64,000 nucleotides of DNA from an uncultured Bdellovibrionales bacterium (GCA_964609855.1 CAZSTB010000003.1:4305-68304), one strand, 5' to 3'; counted from the first letter of the stretch, positions 19,532 through 29,843 are shown. Notes: generated by a model from the sequence alone, not told the origin. Program-made: numbers and translations.

Positions 19532-20386
19532 CTAGTTTAGCCTTATTGTGTTTCCCACGATCCATTGAACATAGTCACATCCATTTGGTAGCCCGGAATC
19601 ATCCTTAAAACCAGTTCCGCAGCCAGAATCGAACTCCAAATATTTTTCAGACATTTGACCCGGAAAAAGCGGATACATAGCTCCAGCATCACAAAAATTA
19701 AAATCTCTTTTAAATTTCGCTTCGTCATCATATTTCCCTTCATTAGGAATAATGACAAATGAATATCCATTTCCGCCCTGAAAATCACCCTCAGCTATAA
19801 TAGAATATCTAATTCCCTTTTTTCCTACGAAGGGTTTCAGTACTGATTTTACAAATTGCAACTGATTATCAAAACCATACCAACCTTCTTCTTGATTATC
19901 ACCTCCAATCAAACAGACAGCATCTAGCATACTCTTTTCATTGAAATAGTCTTCCGAAATTATGTCAAAAGTATTTTTTACAACAGTGAAATTATTCCCG
20001 TAATCATTAAAAGAGAATTCAGGGAATTTTCTAGCTTCAGCATTGGGATTTGGTTGAGCGAGTCTGGTTTTCTCGTATAAAGCATCCGGGTCGCTCTTAT
20101 AATCATTGGCTGTTTTCTCAATAGCGGGGCATTCCGCAAATTCACAATTCGGACCGATTCTTCCCACGGATGAACCGTCATCGCAAAGTTTGGCATCCAT
20201 TATACATGCAACATCTTCTTCTTTTCTCTCTTCTTTGGTGGCACTTACTGGGGTGTTTTCAATAATTGATGGCTTGTCACCGACGACTGCCCTCTCATTT
20301 TCCATCCAAATAATTGTTCCAACTACAATTGAAATCAAAAGAATAGTTCCTACTGCCAATTCGCTTGCGATTTTTTTGTTGAACAT
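19532..20386 (-). CDS. hypothetical membrane-anchored extracytoplasmic protein (Cys-containing)
   Basis: N-terminal TM helix and a soluble domain with several Cys; no recognisable family. Confidence 0.45.
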   Translation of the reverse strand: MFNKKIASELAVGTILLISIVVGTIIWMENERAVVGDKPSIIENTPVSATKEERKEEDVACIMDAKLCDDGSSVGRIGPNCEFAECPAIEKTANDYKSDPDALYEKTRLAQPNPNAEARKFPEFSFNDYGNNFTVVKNTFDIISEDYFNEKSMLDAVCLIGGDNQEEGWYGFDNQLQFVKSVLKPFVGKKGIRYSIIAEGDFQGGNGYSFVIIPNEGKYDDEAKFKRDFNFCDAGAMYPLFPGQMSEKYLEFDSGCGTGFKDDSGLPNGCDYVQWIVGNTIRLN

Positions 20387-20509
20387 TTTATTTTTAAAAA
20401 ATAATTTATATTTTCCTAATTCCTAATTCCTAAAAATTATACCACAAAAATTGATATAAAAAAAACCACCAGCCAGTAAAAGCCAGTAGTTTTGAAGTCT
20501 TATTTGTTG

Positions 20510-20854
20510 TTAGTGAGACAAGGAAAGCTTTTCGAGCTTCACCACGCGCTTTTCCAATTTTTCAAAATCATCTTGCGGAACTTTGCGCTTGAGTTCGAAT
20601 TTCACCTCAACCATATCATCTTGAAGCCTGTCAATCTTCATATCTATTTTATCAAGTCTTTCATCAATTCCATCCAGTCTGTTATCAATTCCATCTAGTC
20701 TATTATCAACTCCATCAAATCTGTGATTTACATTTTCAAATTTAATATCCATACTTTCTGCCATGATCTTAAAGGAATCATCAATTCGCTCAAGTATTGA
20801 GTCGACATCATTAACGGTATAAACTTTTTCTTCAGATGTTTTTTCATTTTTCAT
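20510..20854 (-). CDS. hypothetical coiled-coil protein with tandem heptad repeats (xRLDGID)
   Basis: protein repeats FDGVDNRLDGIDNRLDGIDERLDKID, mirrored by ~21-bp DNA tandem repeats 20620-20720. Confidence 0.4.
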   Translation of the reverse strand: MKNEKTSEEKVYTVNDVDSILERIDDSFKIMAESMDIKFENVNHRFDGVDNRLDGIDNRLDGIDERLDKIDMKIDRLQDDMVEVKFELKRKVPQDDFEKLEKRVVKLEKLSLSH

Positions 20855-20937
20855 ATGTGTAAATATTATTCCAATAAGTTATTCGAGTCAAATCATTGTA
20901 AATGCATGCTGGCTTCTGCAAGGGTTTCCATAAACCC

Positions 20938-21165
20938 CTAAATATGATCCTTGAAAATCATGGTTCTGTTGGTCACATTCTGTCCTTCTTTGTTCTTATA
21001 AGAGTCCGTGATGGTCAAATAGTTGCTACCATTGCTAGCTTTTTTCACATCGAAAAAATAATTCTTACCGCCAGCTTTAAGCATCTTGGAAAAAACCTTG
21101 TCCTGATTGAATTGCTGGCTTTTGTTGTTTTGGTTTTGAGTGCTATATGTCATATTTATGTTCAT
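20938..21165 (-). CDS. PUR-alpha-like nucleic-acid-binding protein (DUF3276 family)
   Basis: KNYFFDVKKASNGSNYLTITDS motif is characteristic of bacterial Pur-alpha repeat proteins. Confidence 0.55.
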   Translation of the reverse strand: MNINMTYSTQNQNNKSQQFNQDKVFSKMLKAGGKNYFFDVKKASNGSNYLTITDSYKNKEGQNVTNRTMIFKDHI

Positions 21166-21258
21166 TTAACATGTCATGCTGAATTCATTTCAGCATCTAT
21201 GATTGCTAAAAGCATTTCTAGATCCCGAAACAAGTTCAGGATGACATGTTGATAATTT

Positions 21259-21362
21259 AATATTTGTTACATGTTATATGCTACATGCCGCATGTTACAT
21301 GATTTCAGCAAATATTTGTTACATGTTATATGCTACATGCCGCATGTTACATGATTTCAGCA
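21259..21362. repeat. perfect 52-bp tandem duplication (2 units), each with three TACATG-containing motifs
   Basis: 21259-21310 is identical to 21311-21362. Confidence 0.9.
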
Positions 21363-21510
21363 TTGGCCACTGCTCTAGTGTTATTATAACACTCCTTACA
21401 TATCACTGCAATATCAATGGGTGTGGATAACTTTGACTAGCTTTTAGTTGTTAGCTTTCAGGAAAACAAAAACAGCCCGTGGGCTGTTTTTGGTGAATGG
21501 ATTTGGGTGT

Positions 21511-22032
21511 TTATTTATTCTCTATAATTCGCCTTGCTTCCCTTAAAATTGCGAGCTCTCTCATATTCATATATTTTCCATCACTAACATCCGGAAACTC
21601 AGAAGACAAAATAGAGATAGCCTCATCGAGTCCAGTCCATACCAGCTGAAATCCATTTTCTAATTCCTTTTTATCAAAATTAGGCTGCGACAATTCGCCC
21701 ACGGACTTTGCAATATAGCAATATGAAATCTGCAATAAGTTTTTATAATTACGATATTCAATCGTGACTCCAATTTCATCAATGATTTCAATCTCACTTC
21801 CAGTCTCTTCGAGACATTCGCGTCTTAAGGCAGTCTCAACGTCTTCTCCAGATTCAAATCCTCCACCTGGTAATTTGTGATAATTATCTTTTGAAACATA
21901 CAGGAGTGCGATTTCATTTTTATCATTAAATATAACTGCGCGCGCAGCTTTCCTAAGATTATACGATACTCCAAATTCCTCCCTTTCAGGAAGTCCGATA
22001 CTAAGTCCATTAATTTCAAGAAGAAGTTTCAT
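21511..22032 (-). CDS. NUDIX hydrolase
   Basis: Nudix box GGGFESGEDVETALRRECLEETG. Confidence 0.75.
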   Translation of the reverse strand: MKLLLEINGLSIGLPEREEFGVSYNLRKAARAVIFNDKNEIALLYVSKDNYHKLPGGGFESGEDVETALRRECLEETGSEIEIIDEIGVTIEYRNYKNLLQISYCYIAKSVGELSQPNFDKKELENGFQLVWTGLDEAISILSSEFPDVSDGKYMNMRELAILREARRIIENK

Positions 22033-22198
22033 AAATTACATTTTTTAAATTATCATGTTACCCACCCAGATACCCATCTAAATTCCTATTTAAATATATA
22101 TCCAGTCTACGCCCTCGTTTAGCTTTTAACAAGAAAAGTCGCCGTAACCGATTCCGGTCACAGCGACTTTATTCAAAAGCGTCAAGCAATGGATCTGC

Positions 22199-22798
22199 TT
22201 ATTTTTTCGGCTCATCCTCTATACGCAGGAAACCAAGCGGGCCCGTGTAAATTCGATCTGCAAATTTATTCAAGGCGTTGAGATTTTCTTGCATTCGTTC
22301 TATTTTCATGATCTGTGACGTTGCTCTTTCCTTAAAGAAATCAAACTCATCCTTCAATGAGCCAATGCGAAGCTCAGTCAACTGCAGCTCGTCCTGCATA
22401 TCGTCAAAATTCTTGTCGTATACGTCAATGACTTCGTTCAAAGCATTAACGCTCTCATTTTGACGAGCATGAATCGAATCAATCCTTCCATGCAAAGCCT
22501 TGAACGTTTTGTTACTATCCATGAATCCTTTATTGTAGACCATTACCATTTTATTCAAGGCCTCTTTTTGCTGTTGAATGATTTTATCACGTTCAGCAAG
22601 AGCCTTATTGAAAGCTTGCGTCTGCTGAGCTAATGCGCCTTGCACTATGAATGAAATCCTTTTGTGCTCGTAGAAACGGTTATACAATACGGATAAGCAA
22701 AGGAGGAGTAATGCAACGCCCTGAATGAAAAGAATAACATCTTTCGAATCAAGCAGTTTTTTAGAATCCTTAGCTGTGGAAATATCTTTCTCTGACAT
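22199..22798 (-). CDS. hypothetical membrane-anchored coiled-coil protein
   Basis: one N-terminal TM helix followed by a long helical region; no family assignment. Confidence 0.4.
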   Translation of the reverse strand: MSEKDISTAKDSKKLLDSKDVILFIQGVALLLLCLSVLYNRFYEHKRISFIVQGALAQQTQAFNKALAERDKIIQQQKEALNKMVMVYNKGFMDSNKTFKALHGRIDSIHARQNESVNALNEVIDVYDKNFDDMQDELQLTELRIGSLKDEFDFFKERATSQIMKIERMQENLNALNKFADRIYTGPLGFLRIEDEPKK

Positions 22799-22935
22799 GA
22801 TGCACCCCCTATGAATTAATTTGTAATTCTTGAATTGACAACGAACATGTTATTATGCATTATTTTAAACAGCGTGTCAAGCATATGAAAACAGCCCTTA
22901 CGAGGCTGTTTTAAAAACATATAAATCAGTCCGAA

Positions 22936-23502
22936 CTAATTCTCAAATAAATTATCTCTCACGAAAACAAATCCCTTTCTTTGATTATCATCGGTATTCA
23001 GCTTCATTGCATCCTCAACGCTAAACCATCCCCATTCATGAAATTCTTCTGAAAGTTTTTCATCGCTAGGATGGAAAGTATTTTTATCCACTGGAATAAA
23101 ATGCCAGATATCGAAATGTAGCCTGCATTTTTGCTTTTCAGGATTATTGATTGGACAAATGGTTAGCAGTTGCGGCTCCCCTATTTCAAAATCATTGTGA
23201 TCAAGTCCCCATTCTTCTTCAATCTCTCTTCTTAGTGTGTCTCCAAGAGTTTCTCCTTCATCAATATGTCCGCCGTTCACCAGCCAAAGTCCAGCTTTTT
23301 TATGATGACCGATAAATATTTCTTTAGCAACTGGATCGTAAGGCGCAAAATATGTGCACATATGCGAAAGCTCATTTTCTTTTTTGCACAAATTCCCATC
23401 CTCAATTCTCTCCAAATATTTCAAAGCTGTTTCGTCATTTGGAAATTTTCGATTTATCAAATCTTCAAGTTCAACTGCTAGTATTGATTTTGAATCAAAC
23501 AT
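22936..23502 (-). CDS. NUDIX hydrolase
   Basis: Nudix box GGHIDEGETLGDTLRREIEEEWG. Confidence 0.7.
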   Translation of the reverse strand: MFDSKSILAVELEDLINRKFPNDETALKYLERIEDGNLCKKENELSHMCTYFAPYDPVAKEIFIGHHKKAGLWLVNGGHIDEGETLGDTLRREIEEEWGLDHNDFEIGEPQLLTICPINNPEKQKCRLHFDIWHFIPVDKNTFHPSDEKLSEEFHEWGWFSVEDAMKLNTDDNQRKGFVFVRDNLFEN

Positions 23503-24098
23503 TATATTTTAAAATTAAACCATTTACTTAGGACTTCATATTGTTTTTTGACCAACACTTTCTCATCTTCAAAATATATTTTGGCGTTGTAATCGCGTTC
23601 AATTTTTTGGGAATTTTTTTCCAAAATTTCAGCAAAATTTTTATTAGAATATTTTCCAATCCAGAGGTAAAAGGGAGGTAAAAAATGCGCCATTGCATCT
23701 GCTGAGGCAATAATCTTCTGTTCCAATGTTTCAGGTAGGTAATTTCTGCAGCGATGCCTAAGCACAATACCTTTAACTTTTTCTGCAACTTCCACATCAA
23801 AACCTTTTTCTAAAAGAAATTTATATGCTTTTTCTGACCCAATTTCATCATGAGGCTCTGCATCTTCAAGCCTGGCGATATCATGAAGCATTGCGCCAAG
23901 CCAAACAGTCTCTAAGTCAGCATTATATTTAACAGCTAGCTGTTTACTGTATTCAATAACTGGCTTGAGATGAATATTCCAGAATAATTTATAAAATTCC
24001 TTTGTTTCAGCATTAGAGAAACTATGTTTTTCAATTCTTGGATTATAATGTAAATCCTTTATCTCTTCTTCAATTTTTTCAATATTGTCTTGATTCAT
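23502..24098 (-). CDS. HD-domain phosphohydrolase
   Basis: H...HD motif (LHDIARLED) and size ~200 aa. Confidence 0.6.
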   Translation of the reverse strand: MNQDNIEKIEEEIKDLHYNPRIEKHSFSNAETKEFYKLFWNIHLKPVIEYSKQLAVKYNADLETVWLGAMLHDIARLEDAEPHDEIGSEKAYKFLLEKGFDVEVAEKVKGIVLRHRCRNYLPETLEQKIIASADAMAHFLPPFYLWIGKYSNKNFAEILEKNSQKIERDYNAKIYFEDEKVLVKKQYEVLSKWFNFKI

Positions 24099-24180
24099 AT
24101 TTTATTGTAACAATTAATTTTCCTTTCTTTGATCAACTAAACCGCCCATATATTTTGCTTTATAAATTTCTTCCCCATTA

Positions 24181-24780
24181 TTAAACTTTCTCAAAACTAT
24201 TTTCATTCAAAAAACTTTTCACAGCATCTAGAGGTTTCAGCTTGATGTATGTTTCGCGGTAGTCATCTTCCGAAAGAGACGACCGCGTAACAGCATACCC
24301 GTTTGGAATAAATATTTTGTCCCAACCGAAACCGATAGTGCCAGCTGGTTTTTCTGCAATACTGCCCTGAAGTTCACCTTCAAATAGTTTCAGAGTTTCT
24401 CCATCGTAATATCCAAAGACGCAGCGCGCGATTGCGGCCCTGTCTTTTCCATCCAGCAAACCGCAGAGCGTCTCCTCGCTATTTTCTTCAAGAAAAAATT
24501 TTATGAACGGTCCTGGCAATCTGCCGAGCGCAGAAAACTCCAAAGCCACATCTTCAACAATAACCGGCTTTTTTATTTTTTCATATGCCTGCCTAACTTT
24601 GTGCTCGACAATTTCGCGTAAATCCAATGACTGAATTTCATCTAAATCTATTTTTACATGATCAATCGGGATTCCGATATATTTGCATAAATAGTCCGCC
24701 TTATTCTGATTTCCGGTTATAAATGTCAAATTGATATCTGCTGCCATATTTCTATAATCACCGTGCAAATTCAAGCACAA
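24181..24780 (-). CDS. rdgB: non-canonical purine NTP pyrophosphatase (RdgB/Ham1 family)
   Basis: FITGNQNK ... E..AL...K motifs; the likely start is MAADINLTFITGN. Confidence 0.7.
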   Translation of the reverse strand: MCLNLHGDYRNMAADINLTFITGNQNKADYLCKYIGIPIDHVKIDLDEIQSLDLREIVEHKVRQAYEKIKKPVIVEDVALEFSALGRLPGPFIKFFLEENSEETLCGLLDGKDRAAIARCVFGYYDGETLKLFEGELQGSIAEKPAGTIGFGWDKIFIPNGYAVTRSSLSEDDYRETYIKLKPLDAVKSFLNENSFEKV

Positions 24781-24927
24781 TGGTTTATTTTAATTTATAG
24801 TAATTCTAGGTGGGTATTTAAATACCCACCCATCCATACACCAAGACTACTCTCATTATCTACATCAATCAAGATATAGCAAAAGGCCGGAAAATTTCCG
24901 GCCTCTGAATTCATATTCAATACAACC

Positions 24928-26703
24928 CTAAAACTTTTGCTTCTCCCAAAGTTCATATAATCTACCTTTTGCCGCATATAGCTGCTCGAAATTTCCTGAT
25001 TCCAAAACCCTGCCTTTTTCAATCACTATGATTTTGTCCATTTCACGAATCGTTGTGAGTCTATGCGCAACAACGACCGCCGTAACTTTTTTGAGAAATT
25101 TATGCAGGGAATCCTTAATTTTCTCTTCCGATTCCATATCCAAGTGCGATGTAGCCTCATCCAAGAATAATATTTCCGGCTTTTTATAAACTGCCCGCGC
25201 AATCCCAAGGCGCTGTCTCTCGCCGCCTGAAAGCTTGACCCCTTTTTCACCGATAAAAGTTTCAAGTCCTAGTGGAAGTGTCTGCGCGAATTCTGCCACA
25301 TGCGCAATTTCCAGCGCTTTCAATAAGTCATTTTCACTGCGCTTTTTCGAACTGGCAATCGTAATATTTTCTCGCAGCGTAAAATTGAAAACTTCAGTAT
25401 CCTGCAGAACCACCCCGACATGGTCGAAATATGACTTCTTTCTGATTTTTTTCAATGAAAGATTGTCGAAAAGTATTTCGCCTGTGTAACTCTCATTCTC
25501 CTTGAGCAAAAGTTTCAGTAGTGTGGATTTTCCCGAACCGGAAAGACCAACTATTCCGATGCGCTCGCCTCTGTTTATCTCAAAAGAAATATTTTTTAAA
25601 ACTTTATTTTTTCCGTACGCGAAAGATAAATTCTTAACTGTCATTTTTTTCCAATCGGATGGTAAAGCAACTTTGTTCTTGTTGCTATCGATGGTAATTT
25701 TCTCATTCAAAGTTCTCTGCATTCTCGCAATCCCGTATTTGCGGATGATCAAATCCTGCATAGTATCTGACAATTCATCAACTGATTGAACCAGACTGTT
25801 AAAATATCCATGAAATAAAATCAGCACCCCAACTTCATACTGGCCCCTGGAAATTCCGTACACAATTAGAATCATTATCCCGATTCTAAATCCGGAAGAC
25901 CACAAATTCAATATTCCTGCTCGCGATTGAAAACGCAGAATCCTGTGCCTGATTTTCCCAAAAAGCTCATTAATTTGAACATTGATTATCTTTAATATTC
26001 GCTCTGTCATCGCGAGCACTTTCACGCTCCTGATATTATTGATTACCTGGAACATAAGGCCGGATATGCCCTCTTCCATAAGGTCGACTTCTTGAGAGAC
26101 TCGCACTGCTTTTTTCAACAAATAAAACGAGATGGCAAAGTAACTGAATAGAAAAATGAGCATCGATTCTCCCACTTGTCGATCAACTTTACTGAGAATG
26201 AAAATCATACCGACGAAATTCACACCGATCGAAATATAGTTATTAATCCACATCGCCAAAATGCGATAGATTCCATCAGAACCTTTCTGAATTCTCTTGA
26301 GCTTGTTTCCGGCATTTTCCTTTTCATGCCAAGCGATATCAAGAAATGAAAGTTGGCTGATCATTTTGACCTGAGAATCAAGTGCTACTCTTTCGGCAAC
26401 TTGATAGCCGACATACTTTGACATGTATTTGCAGACATGACCGACAATGTATGCCAAAGACAAGGCGGCAATAATTTTCCAGAAATATTCTAAGGAATCG
26501 CCTGGCTTAAATTTACTGAAAAAAGTCACAATCAGCGCAAATCCATAAACAGGAAAAAGATTTATCACATCGCTGATAAATCGCAGCAATGAAGCAATAA
26601 AAAAGCGCCATCTGTATGGTTTCAAAAATATTCCAATATCCCTTATCAGTTCTCGATTGGAATATTCAATAAAATCAGTTTTTACTTCTTTATTTTCTTT
26701 CAT
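24928..26703 (-). CDS. ABC transporter, fused permease/ATPase (type I exporter, MsbA-like)
   Basis: 6-TM domain followed by Walker A GLSGSGKST, LSGGERQRLGIARA and Walker B ILFLDEATS. Confidence 0.85.
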   Translation of the reverse strand: MKENKEVKTDFIEYSNRELIRDIGIFLKPYRWRFFIASLLRFISDVINLFPVYGFALIVTFFSKFKPGDSLEYFWKIIAALSLAYIVGHVCKYMSKYVGYQVAERVALDSQVKMISQLSFLDIAWHEKENAGNKLKRIQKGSDGIYRILAMWINNYISIGVNFVGMIFILSKVDRQVGESMLIFLFSYFAISFYLLKKAVRVSQEVDLMEEGISGLMFQVINNIRSVKVLAMTERILKIINVQINELFGKIRHRILRFQSRAGILNLWSSGFRIGIMILIVYGISRGQYEVGVLILFHGYFNSLVQSVDELSDTMQDLIIRKYGIARMQRTLNEKITIDSNKNKVALPSDWKKMTVKNLSFAYGKNKVLKNISFEINRGERIGIVGLSGSGKSTLLKLLLKENESYTGEILFDNLSLKKIRKKSYFDHVGVVLQDTEVFNFTLRENITIASSKKRSENDLLKALEIAHVAEFAQTLPLGLETFIGEKGVKLSGGERQRLGIARAVYKKPEILFLDEATSHLDMESEEKIKDSLHKFLKKVTAVVVAHRLTTIREMDKIIVIEKGRVLESGNFEQLYAAKGRLYELWEKQKF

Positions 26704-26907
26704 TTCTAAATTATACCATACTTCTTTCGTGTGCTGAAACTGTTGACTTCCAACTATTTTCTAATATCATATACAATCGGTATAGGAAATTTATCGATAA
26801 CATCCCCGATATCAAATGGAGCAAGCAGCAATTATCCCACCATGGAAACACGGCGGGATTTTTTATAATTAATTATTGCTTTCTAATTACAATTAAAGAG
26901 TTATTCA

Positions 26908-27165
26908 CTAATTAGGGCTCTCTGTTATTTTGCATGGTAGTTTCTTTGTCATTCCGAGCGAAGTGAATCGACCAAAGGGAGATGAGCGCAGTCGAGGAAT
27001 CTGAGTTAATATACTTACAAAATCTGGTATTAAATGCGGATCCCTGCGCCACAGCTAAAACCAAAGGCGGCATGCGGTCGGCTACATTCCTCCGCTACCG
27101 CGTCGTCATTTTGCTCGGGATGACAAAATAATAAAAGGTCGGTTAGTGTAGTGCCCTATTTAATT
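26908..27165. ncRNA. candidate structured ncRNA of unknown class (GC-rich, ORF-free, closed by 12-bp helix)
   Basis: GTCATTCCGAGC (26948-26959) pairs with GCTCGGGATGAC (27113-27124); outer complementarity 26908-26920 / 27153-27165; several internal complementary segments; strand unknown. Confidence 0.35.
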
Positions 27166-27233
27166 GACTAGCAACCAATTTTGAAATATATTTCAATCAG
27201 CTCTTAAAAAAAATTACATAGGGAGGAAGCGAT

Positions 27234-27608
27234 ATGCTATATCTTATTTTCATCAGCTTTTTTGGCCTACTCATTCACCTCGCAGCCGGTCACAGCGCCA
27301 CACATATTGCCAAAGATTTCATTGGCGGTGCAATTATTTTGATCGGCGGCTTAACCTCAATTTTCTGCATCAGAATGGGCTTGCAAATTCGCAAGATTCC
27401 ATCCCAACTTTGGCAGCGAAATCAACAAGCGGCAAAATTAGCCAGGAAAGCAAACCGTCGCGAAAAATTAAACGAAGCCGAAAAAATCGCAATCCACCGG
27501 CTGATAAAAGAACGCATCCTTATCGCAACTCCCTGTGTATTAAATAAGCAATGCTTCATATACTTAAAACTTTCCGACGCGGCAATTAACAATATTTTAA
27601 GATATTGA
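27234..27608 (+). CDS. hypothetical small membrane protein
   Basis: SD GGGAGG 6 nt upstream of ATG; two predicted TM helices then a basic C-terminus. Confidence 0.45.
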   Translation: MLYLIFISFFGLLIHLAAGHSATHIAKDFIGGAIILIGGLTSIFCIRMGLQIRKIPSQLWQRNQQAAKLARKANRREKLNEAEKIAIHRLIKERILIATPCVLNKQCFIYLKLSDAAINNILRY

Positions 27609-27755
27609 TTTAATCAAATGATTCATGCATCACATAAACCCACAAAATTGTGGGTTTTATTCTATAAAAAAACAGCCCCTTGCGAGGCTATTTCTAAAAG
27701 TATTCAGCATGCATTCATGTTTAAATATTTGTATGCTTGTATGTTTATATGAAGT

Positions 27756-29843
27756 CTATTTCTTAGCAATAATAGTGTCTGCAACATTCTTTGGAACTTC
27801 GCTATACATTGCAAATTCCATTGAATAACTTGCGCGACCTTGGGTCATTGAACGCATTTGAGTTGCATATCCGAACATATTTGCCAACGGCACTTCAGAT
27901 TCAATTTCTTTCACGCGTGCATTTCCTTCTCCGCGGTCATTGATTTCTTTGATCATTCCACGACGCGAGTTGATGTCTCCAACAATGTCACCCATGAATT
28001 GTTCCGGACAAGTAACCACAACTTTCATGACAGGTTCCAAGATAACAGGAGTAGCGCGTTTTACAGCTTCTTGAACTGCTAGTGAACCAGCAATTTTGAA
28101 AGCAGCTTCAGATGAATCGACTTCATGGAAAGATCCATCGTAAAGAGTAACTTTTACATCAACCATTGGATATCCGGCAAGTACACCGTTTTCCAAAGCT
28201 TCCTTTGCTCCCATGTTAATCGGTTTGATGTATTCTTGTGGAATAACACCTCCCTTAATTTCGTCGAAGAATTCATATCCCTTACCTTTTTCATCTTGAG
28301 GGGCAACTTTTAGCCAGCAATGACCATATTGTCCGCGTCCTCCAGACTGACGAACAAATTTTCCTTCAGCTTGCGCTTCAGATTTAATTGTTTCGCGGTA
28401 AGCAACTTGTGGTTGACCAATGTCAGCTTCAACTCCGAATTCGCGCTTCATACGATCAATAATAATATCAAGATGAAGCTCACCCATTCCGGAAATAATC
28501 GTTTGTCCTGATTCTTCATCAGTTCTAAGACGAAGTGTCGGGTCTTCGCCAGCAAGTTTTCTAAGGGCTAATCCCATTTTTTCCTGGTCAGCTTTAGTCT
28601 TAGGTTCAACTGCAATATCAATCACAGGTTCTGGGAATACAATATTTTCCAAAACGATCTGCTTTTGTTCATCTGAAAGTGTATCTCCAGTAGTAGTGTT
28701 TTTAAGACCAACCAAAGCTCCAATTCCTCCAGCTCTAATTTCATCAATTTCTTCGCGGTGATTTGCATGCATCTGCAAGATTCGCCCGATACGTTCTCTT
28801 TCACCTTTAAGTGAATTGATAACATAACTTCCAGCTTTAAGTGTTCCAGAATATACGCGGAAGAAAGTAAGTTGTCCAACAAACGGGTCAGTTGCAACTT
28901 TGAAAGCCAAAGCTGAAAATGGTTCGTCGTCAGATGCAGCGCGAGTAACTTCTTCTCCATTTTTTGGATTCACACCAACAACAGCTGGCACGTCCAATGG
29001 TGAAGGAAGATAATCAACAACAGCGTCCAATACTAATTGAACTCCTTTGTTGCGAAGCGCAGTTCCAGTGAAAACAGGAACAAGCTTTGCAGCAATTACT
29101 CCGCTGCGAAGTGCAGCTTTAAGTTCATCAATTGAAATCTCTTCTCCATTCAAATACTTTTCAGTAAGCTCATCATTTGTTTCAGAAATTTTTTCAACCA
29201 TCTTCTCTCTCCATTGTTGAGCTTTTTCCAAAAGCTGCTCAGGAATTTCACCCTCCACAACAATTTCTCCCATCGGTCCGTCGAAAGAATAAGCTTTCAT
29301 TTTTACCAAATCTACAACACCAGAAAATTCATTGCGTTCTCCGATTGGAATTTGAAGAGCAACAGCATTCGGAGTCAAACGATTCCAAATTGAACCAAGC
29401 ACGAAATCAAAGTCAGCACCTTCCTTGTCGATTTTGTTTACGAAACAAATTCTTGGAACGTGATATTTGTCAGCTTGACGCCATACGGTTTCAGATTGCG
29501 GCTCAACACCTTCCTTACCATCAAAAATTACCACTGCGCCATCCAAAACGCGAAGTGAACGTTCAACTTCCACTGTGAAGTCTACATGTCCCGGTGTATC
29601 GATGATGTTGATAGGGTGACCTTTCCATGCACATTTAGTTGCAGCAGAAGTAATGGTAATTCCACGCTCCTGTTCCTGCTCCATCCAGTCCATAGTTGCT
29701 GCACCTTCATGTACTTCACCAATTTTGTGAGTAATACCGGTATAGAACAAAATACGTTCAGTAGTTGTAGTTTTTCCACCATCGATATGAGCGATGATTC
29801 CAATATTTCTCAATTTTGAAATGTCGTTGATCTGGTCTGACAT
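27756..29843 (-). CDS. fusA: elongation factor G
   Basis: [21 protein letters not shown] motifs; 695 aa. Confidence 0.95.
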   Translation of the reverse strand: MSDQINDISKLRNIGIIAHIDGGKTTTTERILFYTGITHKIGEVHEGAATMDWMEQEQERGITITSAATKCAWKGHPINIIDTPGHVDFTVEVERSLRVLDGAVVIFDGKEGVEPQSETVWRQADKYHVPRICFVNKIDKEGADFDFVLGSIWNRLTPNAVALQIPIGERNEFSGVVDLVKMKAYSFDGPMGEIVVEGEIPEQLLEKAQQWREKMVEKISETNDELTEKYLNGEEISIDELKAALRSGVIAAKLVPVFTGTALRNKGVQLVLDAVVDYLPSPLDVPAVVGVNPKNGEEVTRAASDDEPFSALAFKVATDPFVGQLTFFRVYSGTLKAGSYVINSLKGERERIGRILQMHANHREEIDEIRAGGIGALVGLKNTTTGDTLSDEQKQIVLENIVFPEPVIDIAVEPKTKADQEKMGLALRKLAGEDPTLRLRTDEESGQTIISGMGELHLDIIIDRMKREFGVEADIGQPQVAYRETIKSEAQAEGKFVRQSGGRGQYGHCWLKVAPQDEKGKGYEFFDEIKGGVIPQEYIKPINMGAKEALENGVLAGYPMVDVKVTLYDGSFHEVDSSEAAFKIAGSLAVQEAVKRATPVILEPVMKVVVTCPEQFMGDIVGDINSRRGMIKEINDRGEGNARVKEIESEVPLANMFGYATQMRSMTQGRASYSMEFAMYSEVPKNVADTIIAKK

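Noticed and set aside
24795-25022. 75-aa ORF overlapping the 3' end of the ABC exporter gene
   Set aside because: It is out-of-frame overlap with a well-supported gene and has no features.
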